Source: Planctomycetota bacterium (lineage in GTDB: Bacteria; Planctomycetota; Brocadiia; Brocadiales; Brocadiaceae). From it: a stretch of DNA of 28,483 bases. Within the stretch, counting starts at the first letter, position 1, and the number at the start of each line of letters is the position of its first letter. Below are positions 8,254 through 16,234 of the stretch, in pieces. The DNA lies in assembly GCA_018968795.1 (NCBI GenBank), contig JAGWZR010000002.1, positions 1 to 28,483 of the forward strand, in the 5' to 3' direction. The translations under genes and the position numbers were made by a program. Below the pieces are notes generated by a model. The model did not search any database. It saw only the letters and a list, made by a program, of their open reading frames with translations, and had not been told where the DNA came from.

Positions 8254-10080
8254 TTATTCAACAGTTACACTTTTGGCGAGATTTCTTGGTTTATCCACAT
8301 CACAGCCTCGCATGACTGCCATGTGGTATGCCAATAATTGAAGGGGGATTACAGAAAGAATCGGTGTTAGCGTATCAGAAGTTTTTGGTATATAAAAGAC
8401 ATGGTCTACCTTTTCTACAATCTGCTCATCACCTTCAGTTGCAATTGCGATCACCCGTCCTCCCCTGGATTTTACTTCTTCGATATTACTTAAAATCTTT
8501 CCGTAAACGCTATCTTTTAGGGCGATAAAGACCACAGGCATGTCTTTGTTAATGAGGGCAATGGGGCCGTGTTTCATTTCGGCGGCAGGATAGCCCTCAG
8601 CATGGATATAGGATATTTCTTTGAGTTTTAACGCACCTTCAAGCGCCACAGGGTAATTGTATCCTCTTCCCAGATAGAGAGCGTGTTCACTATCTTTATA
8701 CAATCTTGCAATTTTCAAAATTTCATCATCCTTGTTTAGGATGGTCTGTATCTTATCTGGTATGGATTGAATAACCTTAACCATATCAGAATATTTCAGA
8801 TTTGGTCTACCCTTTAGAGTCATCATATAGAGAGTAAATAAATATAAAACAGCGACCTGTGCAGTAAATGCCTTGGTAGACGCAACACCGATCTCTGGAC
8901 CGATATGTAAATAAACTCCGCAATCAGCTTCTCGAGCTATAGTGCTGCCAACGACGTTGCAGATAGAGAGCAACTTGGCTCCTTTATGTTTTGCCTCTCT
9001 CATCGCCGCTAAGGTATCTGCTGTTTCGCCTGATTGACTTATAGCAATTACTACGGTGTCTTTTTCAATTATAGGATTTCGGTATCGAAATTCTGAGGCA
9101 TATTCCACTTCAACAGGAATGCGTGCCAAGTCTTCCAATATATATTCACCCACCAACCCTGCGTGCCAGGAAGTACCGCAGGCAACGATAACAATGCGCT
9201 TGGCCTCGCGAAGTTCCTTTTCACAGCTAATCAATCCCCCTAGTTTTACCGAGCCACTAATATCATCTATTCTTCCACGCATGGCATTTCGGAGCGCATG
9301 GGGTTGTTCGTGAATCTCCTTGAGCATAAAATGTTCGTAACCACCCTTTTCAATCATATCAATATTCCACAGCACCTCTTCCACTTTTTTGTGTGTAAGA
9401 ATGTTTTGCATCGTCTTGGTTTCATAATGATTCAAGGTGAGGATAGCCACTTCATTGTCATCCAGATATACCACGTCTCGCGTGTGTTCGAGTGAAGCAG
9501 AAACATCAGAAGTAATAAAATACTCCTGATCACCAACTCCTATTACTAAAGGTGATCCCTTTCTTGCCGCTACAATCTTTTGTGGGTCTTTCGTAGAGAT
9601 TGCCGCAATACCGTATGTTCCTTCTACCTCCTTTAACGCCTCCATGACAGCCATTTCAAGATTGTCCTGAAAATACTTTTCAATGAGATGGGCTAGTACC
9701 TCTGTATCCGTTTCGCTCTTAAAGATATGTCCTTCCTGCTCTAATCTCGATTTTAAGTAATCGTAGTTCTCGATAATCCCGTTATGCACTACAGCAATCT
9801 CGTTATAGCAATCGACATGAGGATGAGCGTTTTCCATAGTAGGAGCGCCATGGGTAGCCCATCGTGTGTGGACGATTCCTAGATGCGTGCTGAAATTGTT
9901 CCCATTGAGTTTTTTCTCCAGTTCAGCAATCTTACCCACAGCCTTTTCACACCGTAAAGTACCGTTCTCAATGAAAGCTATACCGGAGGAATCGTACCCA
10001 CGATATTCGAGTCTTTTGATGCCGTCTAAGAGCACCTTGATGGCCTTTTTATGCCCAATATATCCTACGATTCCGCACAT
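8254..10080 (-). CDS. glmS: Glutamine--fructose-6-phosphate aminotransferase (isomerising)
   Basis: 608 aa. N-terminal MCGIVGY (Ntn Cys), tandem SIS-domain motifs (ACGTSWHAG, SQSGETADT), C-terminal KPRNLAKSVTVE. Confidence 0.98.
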   Translation of the reverse strand: MCGIVGYIGHKKAIKVLLDGIKRLEYRGYDSSGIAFIENGTLRCEKAVGKIAELEKKLNGNNFSTHLGIVHTRWATHGAPTMENAHPHVDCYNEIAVVHNGIIENYDYLKSRLEQEGHIFKSETDTEVLAHLIEKYFQDNLEMAVMEALKEVEGTYGIAAISTKDPQKIVAARKGSPLVIGVGDQEYFITSDVSASLEHTRDVVYLDDNEVAILTLNHYETKTMQNILTHKKVEEVLWNIDMIEKGGYEHFMLKEIHEQPHALRNAMRGRIDDISGSVKLGGLISCEKELREAKRIVIVACGTSWHAGLVGEYILEDLARIPVEVEYASEFRYRNPIIEKDTVVIAISQSGETADTLAAMREAKHKGAKLLSICNVVGSTIAREADCGVYLHIGPEIGVASTKAFTAQVAVLYLFTLYMMTLKGRPNLKYSDMVKVIQSIPDKIQTILNKDDEILKIARLYKDSEHALYLGRGYNYPVALEGALKLKEISYIHAEGYPAAEMKHGPIALINKDMPVVFIALKDSVYGKILSNIEEVKSRGGRVIAIATEGDEQIVEKVDHVFYIPKTSDTLTPILSVIPLQLLAYHMAVMRGCDVDKPRNLAKSVTVE

Positions 10081-10161
10081 GAGATTTTTCCCTTAAAATT
10101 ATCAAAATATTTATGAATATTATTATGCTTAATGAATAGGATTGTCAATATAAAAGTTCAT

Positions 10162-10190
10162 TTGACAGTCATTTATGGTTGTGATACGAT
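10162..10190 (+). promoter_or_regulatory. Putative lpxD promoter (overlaps the 5' end of the track ORF)
   Basis: TTGACA (10162-10167), a 17-nt spacer, then TACGAT (10185-10190). The -10 ends 8 nt before ATG 10199. A divergent TTGACA on the minus strand (10143-10148), followed after 17 nt by TAATAA, may serve glmS. Confidence 0.3.
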
Positions 10191-10198
10191 GTCCCGAA

Positions 10199-11215
10199 AT
10201 GTCTATTCAATATACACTAAATCAAGTTCAATCTATTATTGGTGGAAAGATTATTGGCGATGGGAATACGGTCGTCACGGATGTTGCCAGCCTTGAAGCT
10301 GCTAAAGAAGGATGCATAACCTTCATCAAGGATGATTCTTTAATCCCACAGGCCATGAAATCAACGGCCTCCGCAATTGTCGTGCACCGTGAGATTCAAA
10401 CACTCAAAAAACCCCAGATCGTTGCCGAAAACCCATTTTTGGCATTTACCAGGTTTACTGGGGTTGTAGCTGAAGAAAGATATAAACGTCCAGCAGGCAT
10501 CCACCCCACGGCTATTATCAGCAAGGAAGCTATTATAGGAAAGGGTGTTTCTATTGGGGCGTATGTTGTTATTGATGATTACGTATGCATAGGGAATAAT
10601 GTTACTATCTATCCGAATGCGTTTATCGGGAAGGAGAGCCGTATTGGTGACGATTCGGTTATTTACGCCAACGTCTCTATTCGTGAAAATGTTATTATTG
10701 GGAAAAGGGCTATTATCCATTGCAACAGCGTAATAGGGGATGATGGATTCGGGTATCTTCAGGTAAAAGGTAAGCACAAGAAAATTCCACAAATAGGAAC
10801 CGCCGAGATAGGGGACGACGTTGAAATTGGCGCTATGGTGACGATTTGCCGTGCTGCGCTTGACAAGACGATTATTGGAAATGGGGTAAAGATAGATAAT
10901 CACTCACATATTGCCCACAATGTTACTATTGGAGATAATACAATGCTTATCGCCTATGCGAAGATTGCTGGTAGTGCCAAAATTGGAAAAAACGTTATGG
11001 TTGCAGAGGATGTAGGTATTACAGACCATGTAACCATAGGTGATAACTGCATCATCGGTGGCGGTTCCAATGTTTACAAGAGTTTGGAACCGGGTTCTGT
11101 TGTGTGGGGCTCACCGGCTAAGCCTATCAATGAAGAAAAACGCATCCAGGTATTAATCAGGAAATTGCCAGAAATGTACAGTGCCATTAGGAAATTTATA
11201 AAAACCTCTTCATAA
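10199..11215 (+). CDS. lpxD: UDP-3-O-acylglucosamine N-acyltransferase
   Basis: N-terminal LpxD-type domain followed by a long left-handed beta-helix of hexapeptide repeats. The track start is 10175. ATG 10199 (MSIQYTLNQV...) matches the usual LpxD N-terminus and lies downstream of the candidate promoter. Confidence 0.92.
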   Translation: MSIQYTLNQVQSIIGGKIIGDGNTVVTDVASLEAAKEGCITFIKDDSLIPQAMKSTASAIVVHREIQTLKKPQIVAENPFLAFTRFTGVVAEERYKRPAGIHPTAIISKEAIIGKGVSIGAYVVIDDYVCIGNNVTIYPNAFIGKESRIGDDSVIYANVSIRENVIIGKRAIIHCNSVIGDDGFGYLQVKGKHKKIPQIGTAEIGDDVEIGAMVTICRAALDKTIIGNGVKIDNHSHIAHNVTIGDNTMLIAYAKIAGSAKIGKNVMVAEDVGITDHVTIGDNCIIGGGSNVYKSLEPGSVVWGSPAKPINEEKRIQVLIRKLPEMYSAIRKFIKTSS

Positions 11216-11297
11216 TAAGAATAAGAAGATATTACCTCAAATTCAGTATATAGTTTATAGGGGCATGAATGTGTGAGTGCGGGTAGGTTGATGATGC

Positions 11298-12545
11298 TTA
11301 CAATTTGCCGAGGATAATGCTTGCATTGTGCCCGCCAAAACCGAATGAATTGGAAAGGACTTTTTTCATTTTTTTCTTTTCTCGGGCCACATTAGGGACA
11401 AAATCCAGACCTGAGCATTCAGGATCAGGTGTTTCATAATTGATTGTTGGCGGGATAACTTCTTCTTGTATTGCCAGAGCGCAGATAATAACTTCGACAC
11501 TTCCAGAAGCTCCAAGTTGATGTCCAAGCATAGACTTCGTAGAACTAATGGGGATTTTGGGGGCATACGATTTAAAAACATTTCTTACGGCTTTCATTTC
11601 TATATTATCACCTAAGGGCGTTGATGTGGCATGGGCATTGATATAATCGATTTCTTCAGGATTGCAGTGAGCATCTTTTAATGTGCTTAACATACACTGC
11701 GTCGCGCCATCGCCGTTCTGCTCTGGGGCAGCGATGTGGTACGCATCTGCGTTAAGCCCGTAACCAAGCACTTCGGAATAGATATTTGCGCCTCTTTTTT
11801 TTGCTGTTGTAAACTCTTCGATTACAACAATACCTGCTCCTTCTGAAAGCACAAAACCATCCCGGTCTTTGTCAAAAGGACGACTGGCTTGTTGTGGCGC
11901 GTCGTTGCGGGTAGAGAGGGCTTTCATGGCGCTAAATCCACCAACACCCAAAGGGGTAATTACTGCCTCCGAGCTTCCAGCAATCATGATGTCTGCATCT
12001 CCTCTCTGGATAATTCGGACAGCCTCCCCTATGGCATTGACCCCCGTGGTGCATGCCGTTACCACCGCATAATTAGGTCCCTTTAGTCCAAAGTGTATTG
12101 CTACCTGTGCAGAGGCGGCGTTGAGCATCAGTTTGGGAACCATAAAGGGGGATATCCTCGAAGGCCCCTTATTTATAAGAGTTTTGTGTTGCGTTTCAAG
12201 TTCCAGCAAACCGCCCATGCCAGAACCGATGAGAACGCCTACGCGTGTTAGATTAAAACTATCCAACTTAAGTTCGGCATCTTTCACTGCCTTGATAGAA
12301 GCGGCCACAGCAAATTGCGTAAAGCGGTCTAGCCGCCGCACTTCTTTAACATCAAGCCATTTCGCGGGATTGAAATCATTGGCTTCTCCTCCAAATTTTA
12401 CATCAAAAGCAGAGGTATCAAAAGAGGTGATGGGCTTTATGCCGCTTTTCCCTTCGCACAACGCCGACCAGATTTGTTTTTTTTCCTCCCCTAAGGGCGT
12501 AATCGCGCCAATACCAGTAATAACGACCCGTCGTCGTTCTTGCAT
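11298..12545 (-). CDS. fabF: 3-oxoacyl-ACP synthase II
   Basis: 415 aa. Active-site Cys in VVTACTTG and the His pair in HATSTPLGD and GHQLGASG. The start codon directly abuts the acpP stop. Confidence 0.96.
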   Translation of the reverse strand: MQERRRVVITGIGAITPLGEEKKQIWSALCEGKSGIKPITSFDTSAFDVKFGGEANDFNPAKWLDVKEVRRLDRFTQFAVAASIKAVKDAELKLDSFNLTRVGVLIGSGMGGLLELETQHKTLINKGPSRISPFMVPKLMLNAASAQVAIHFGLKGPNYAVVTACTTGVNAIGEAVRIIQRGDADIMIAGSSEAVITPLGVGGFSAMKALSTRNDAPQQASRPFDKDRDGFVLSEGAGIVVIEEFTTAKKRGANIYSEVLGYGLNADAYHIAAPEQNGDGATQCMLSTLKDAHCNPEEIDYINAHATSTPLGDNIEMKAVRNVFKSYAPKIPISSTKSMLGHQLGASGSVEVIICALAIQEEVIPPTINYETPDPECSGLDFVPNVAREKKKMKKVLSNSFGFGGHNASIILGKL

Positions 12546-12779
12546 TTATTTGTGTTCCTCTATATATTTAATGGCATCTCCCACGGTCCGTATTTTTTCT
12601 GCGTCTTCATCCGGGATGTTCATATCAAATGCGTCTTCAAATTCCATGATCAGTTCTACAGTATCCAAAGAATCTGCTCCCAGATCATTGATAAATGACG
12701 TTTCTTTGGTAATCTGCTCGGCTTTTATACCCAGTTGCTTAGTAATAATTTCTTTCACCTTATCTTCAATTGCTGACAC
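12546..12779 (-). CDS. acpP: Acyl carrier protein
   Basis: 77 aa. Phosphopantetheine attachment motif [16 protein letters not shown]. Confidence 0.97.
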   Translation of the reverse strand: MSAIEDKVKEIITKQLGIKAEQITKETSFINDLGADSLDTVELIMEFEDAFDMNIPDEDAEKIRTVGDAIKYIEEHK

Positions 12780-12800
12780 GGCTTTTCTCCTTATCCAAAA

Positions 12801-13742
12801 TTAATTCGATTTTATTATATTTTCAAAGGCCTCTAGTGTATCGATGTTTCTGATTTCCTGAGTAGCGTCGATCCTTTTCATGATGCCAGATAAAGACTTT
12901 CCAGGCCCGATCTCATAAAACTGATTAAATCCATCTTTTATCAGCATACAGATCGATTGATGCCATCGTACAGGACTATTGAGTTGTTTTGCAAGCGATA
13001 CTTTTATTTCGTCAGGCTCAGTCACATATCTTGCATGGATATTTGCTACCACTGGGATATTTGGCTTGGAAAAAGGCGTTGCCTCCAACTCCCTTGAAAG
13101 TTTACTACTTGCAGGGCTCATCAAATCTGAATGAAATGCCCCGTCTACTTTCAAAGGGACGACCATTCTTGCGCCGCGTTCCTTGGCTAGAATGGCAGCT
13201 TTTTCTAATGTTGTTTTTTCGCCTGAGATAACCACCTGTCCCGGACTGTTATAGTTTGCGGTACAAATAATTCCCAGTGGCCTAATTTCTGCGCAAATCT
13301 GTTCTACTTTTTCGTCTTCCAGTCCAATAATAGAAACCATTCCTCCGTGGTTTGTGTTGCATGCCTCTTGCATAAACATTCCGCGTTTGTAAACCAGCTT
13401 TACGGCATCGACAAAGGTCATCGAAGCCGCAGACACATGAGCCGTGTATTCCCCTAAACTAAGCCCCGCAGCAGCAAGGCTCGTCTTTATTAGGATTGAA
13501 GAATTTTTTCTTAATACCTCCAATATGGCCATACTTGTTACCAGTATGGCCGGTTGACAAACAGAGGTTTTGTTTAGTTCTTCCTGCTTTCCGTCAAAAC
13601 AAAGTTTTGCTATATCAAATCCCAGGGTGTCAGTTGCTTGATTAAATATCTCGCGTGCTTCGTTGAAATGTGTATAAAAATCCTTACCCATTCCCACATA
13701 TTGCGTACCTTGCCCTGGGAAAAGAAGCGCTGTCTTCCGCAT
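12801..13742 (-). CDS. fabD: Malonyl-CoA:ACP transacylase
   Basis: FPGQGTQ and GLSLGEY (GxSxG nucleophile) motifs. The track ORF begins at GTG 13775 and overlaps fabH. ATG 13742 (MRKTALLFPGQG) lies 5 nt after the fabH stop and gives the usual length. Confidence 0.95.
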   Translation of the reverse strand: MRKTALLFPGQGTQYVGMGKDFYTHFNEAREIFNQATDTLGFDIAKLCFDGKQEELNKTSVCQPAILVTSMAILEVLRKNSSILIKTSLAAAGLSLGEYTAHVSAASMTFVDAVKLVYKRGMFMQEACNTNHGGMVSIIGLEDEKVEQICAEIRPLGIICTANYNSPGQVVISGEKTTLEKAAILAKERGARMVVPLKVDGAFHSDLMSPASSKLSRELEATPFSKPNIPVVANIHARYVTEPDEIKVSLAKQLNSPVRWHQSICMLIKDGFNQFYEIGPGKSLSGIMKRIDATQEIRNIDTLEAFENIIKSN

Positions 13743-13747
13743 ATTCT

Positions 13748-14737
13748 CTACCATCTGATGATCGAGGATCCCCACGTTAATCCACCGCCAAATGCTACTA
13801 ACATGACTATGTTTCCTTTGTGAAGGAGACCTTCTTTTCTGGCTTCATCAATTGCGATAGGGATAGAGGCTGAAGATGTATTCCCGTATTTATCGATATT
13901 TACAAATGCTTTCTCCATCGGTAATCCAAGTTTTTCCATGGTAGCCTCAATAATTCTCAGATTACTTTGATGAGGAATAATTAAGTCAATATCCTTAAGT
14001 CGAAGTCCATTTTTTTCTACCGTTTCCAAGATCATGTTTGTGATATTATTAATTGCCAGCTTGAATACCTCTTTGCCCTTAAATTGAATATAATGCATTC
14101 GTTGTTGAACCGATTCTAAAGAGGCAGGATTCTTTGCACCCCCTCCTGGCATGATAAGCACATCTGCTTGTATCCCATCAGCAGCCAAGTTCGTGGAAAG
14201 AATTTCATGTTTGGTACGGCTTTTTTGTATAATAGCGGCGCCAGCACCGTCTCCAAACAAAACGCAAGTTGCGCGATCGGTATAATCGGTTATCTTTGAC
14301 AAACACTCGGCGCCTACGATAAGGACGGTTTTCATTGCCCCGGAATTTACAAAGCTTTGTCCAATGGACATTGCATAGATAAATCCAGCGCATGCCGCCA
14401 GTATATCAAAGGCGCTTGCCCTCGTTGCGCCTAATTTTTGTTGTATATAACAAGAAGTTGAAGGAAAGATGTGGTCAGGCGTAATCGTAGAAGAAATAAT
14501 CATATCTAACTCTTCGGCGGTAACTCCGGCATCTTCCATAGCCCGTAGTGAAGCCTCGGTGGCGAGATCAGACGTTATCATGCCATTTTCGACGATGCGA
14601 CGTTCCCGAATGCCTGTCCGCTGGATAATCCATTCATCGGTGGTATCGACCATCTTTTCCAAATCATAATTTGTCAAAATCTTATTTGGAAGGTAGGAGC
14701 CGATACCTGTAATAGACGCCATTTGATTTTGTTGCAT
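13748..14737 (-). CDS. fabH: 3-oxoacyl-ACP synthase III
   Basis: KAS III motifs LAACAGFIYA (Cys), PHQSNLRII (His) and GNTSSASIP (Asn). An alternative start is ATG 14722 (MASITGIG). Neither start has a clear SD. Confidence 0.95.
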   Translation of the reverse strand: MQQNQMASITGIGSYLPNKILTNYDLEKMVDTTDEWIIQRTGIRERRIVENGMITSDLATEASLRAMEDAGVTAEELDMIISSTITPDHIFPSTSCYIQQKLGATRASAFDILAACAGFIYAMSIGQSFVNSGAMKTVLIVGAECLSKITDYTDRATCVLFGDGAGAAIIQKSRTKHEILSTNLAADGIQADVLIMPGGGAKNPASLESVQQRMHYIQFKGKEVFKLAINNITNMILETVEKNGLRLKDIDLIIPHQSNLRIIEATMEKLGLPMEKAFVNIDKYGNTSSASIPIAIDEARKEGLLHKGNIVMLVAFGGGLTWGSSIIRW

Positions 14738-14782
14738 TATGTAATTCTTAGTTACCCAGATGAATTAGTAGGCTAATATCGA

Positions 14783-15799
14783 TTAAGAGATGTTTGCCGT
14801 AAGCGTATTGGTCTTTTCCAGTTCAGAAACAATATGCTCATTGACTTTGTTTTTTGATAATTGCAATGCAACTCTTATGGCATTTTGGATAGCCTTGGAA
14901 TTAGACCTGCCATGACATATGATACATACGCCATTAACACCCAACAAAGGAACGCCACCATATTCAGTAAAGTCCATTTTAGCCTTTAATGTTTTAAATG
15001 ACGGTTTGCATAGCCACAGACCCACCTTTGTCCAGAAACTCTTCATTGCTTCTTCTTTAATTGTGGACAGAAAGTTCATGGCAATTCCTTCTGCAAATTT
15101 CAACATAACGTTTCCCACAAAACCCTCACAAACAACTACATCAGCTTTACCATCAAATATTTCACGACCTTCCACATTCCCGACAAAATTTAAAAGTGAA
15201 TTGGAGAAAAGCGCAAACGTTTCTTTTGCAAGATCGTTTCCTTTCGCATCCTCCTCGCCAATGTTCAGGATTCCTACCCTTGGATTTTCTATACCGAAGA
15301 TATATTTGCTAAAAACTGTTGCCATCACACCATATTGAAAGAGGTGTATGGGCTTGCATACAATGTTTGCTCCAACATCGATAATTGAACATATCCCATG
15401 CCGTGTAGGAAGCGGAGCGGAAATACCGGGGCGTCGCACCCCTTTCAGAGTTCGTAAATGCATTGCTGCCGCTGCTACCGCAGCGCCTGTGTGCCCTGCA
15501 CTAACTACGGCTAAGGCTTTTCCATTTGCCACCAGCTCAACACTTCGGGTGATTGATGAATTGGTTTTTTGGCGGATGGAAGAGGTTGCAGGATCATCCA
15601 TTTTAACCACTTGAGGTGCATGATGAATGGAAATATTCTTCAGCGGTTTCCCGTAGGTATTGAGTTCGCGCTGTATCTCTTTTTCATCGCCAACCAATAT
15701 AATTTCGCTGTCGGGAAATTGCTGTGCAGCGAGGATTGCCCCTTTAACAATTTCGTATGGGGCCTTATCCCCACCCATTGCATCTACCGCAACTCTCAT
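14783..15799 (-). CDS. plsX: Phosphate acyltransferase PlsX
   Basis: The MRVAVDAMGGD N-terminus is typical of PlsX. The track ORF begins at TTG 15814 and overlaps rpmF. ATG 15799 is preceded by GAAAGG at a 7-nt spacing. Confidence 0.95.
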   Translation of the reverse strand: MRVAVDAMGGDKAPYEIVKGAILAAQQFPDSEIILVGDEKEIQRELNTYGKPLKNISIHHAPQVVKMDDPATSSIRQKTNSSITRSVELVANGKALAVVSAGHTGAAVAAAAMHLRTLKGVRRPGISAPLPTRHGICSIIDVGANIVCKPIHLFQYGVMATVFSKYIFGIENPRVGILNIGEEDAKGNDLAKETFALFSNSLLNFVGNVEGREIFDGKADVVVCEGFVGNVMLKFAEGIAMNFLSTIKEEAMKSFWTKVGLWLCKPSFKTLKAKMDFTEYGGVPLLGVNGVCIICHGRSNSKAIQNAIRVALQLSKNKVNEHIVSELEKTNTLTANIS

Positions 15800-15803
15800 A
15801 GAT

Positions 15804-16031
15804 TTACCTTTCAACAGAAATAACCTGTTTACCTCGGTAATAGCCGCAGTTGTGACAAACAGTATGTGGTTCGTTTACCTGTTTGCAATGTGAACAAATA
15901 TAACGTTTTGAGCGTATGCCAGCGCCTTTCCCTATGTTTTCGGCAAGCGGAATGATTGGAGGGGTTAATTTGTCATGCGTACGCCTTTTACGGGTTCTTG
16001 AATTGGAAAACCTTCTCTTTGGATTTGGCAT
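15804..16031 (-). CDS. rpmF: 50S ribosomal protein L32 (Zn-ribbon form)
   Basis: MPNPKRRFSNSRTRKRRTHDKL N-terminus and CSHC...CHNCGYY zinc ribbon. GAGGT lies 5 nt upstream of the ATG. It is the first gene of the plsX-fab operon, as in many bacteria. Confidence 0.93.
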   Translation of the reverse strand: MPNPKRRFSNSRTRKRRTHDKLTPPIIPLAENIGKGAGIRSKRYICSHCKQVNEPHTVCHNCGYYRGKQVISVER

Positions 16032-16109
16032 TTAGTACCTCATATAAAAGATTAATGTTTAAATCAAAGTTGCCTTTAATTACCTAAACTTGTCGCTTTT
16101 AAACCAGAA

Positions 16110-16138
16110 ATTCTATATATAGACACCACCAATGTCAA
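16110..16138 (-). promoter_or_regulatory. Putative promoter of rpmF-plsX-fabHD-acpP-fabF
   Basis: The minus strand reads cTTGACA (16133-16138), a 17-nt spacer, then TAGAAT (16110-16115). It lies about 80 nt upstream of rpmF. Confidence 0.5.
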
Positions 16139-16234
16139 GCAAAAACTCAATAGGCATTTGTGGGTTATGATAGTAATCTGGTTGTACATTCTGTCTGTTG
16201 CCATTTGAAAGTTTGCAATATACTTGATAATAAA

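Noticed and set aside
10081-10174. glmS ribozyme or other leader upstream of glmS
   Set aside because: Only 94 nt separate glmS from lpxD, and this space is taken up by divergent promoter-like hexamers. No conserved ribozyme core is recognisable.
12121-12804. 227-aa + strand ORF antisense to fabF and acpP
   Set aside because: It is a shadow ORF opposite two strongly supported genes, and its Ser/Pro/Leu-rich low-complexity product has no motifs. The same reasoning applies to the antisense ORFs in lpxD (10361-10903), alaS (16260-16874, 18057-18455), plsX, recA, glmS and htpG.
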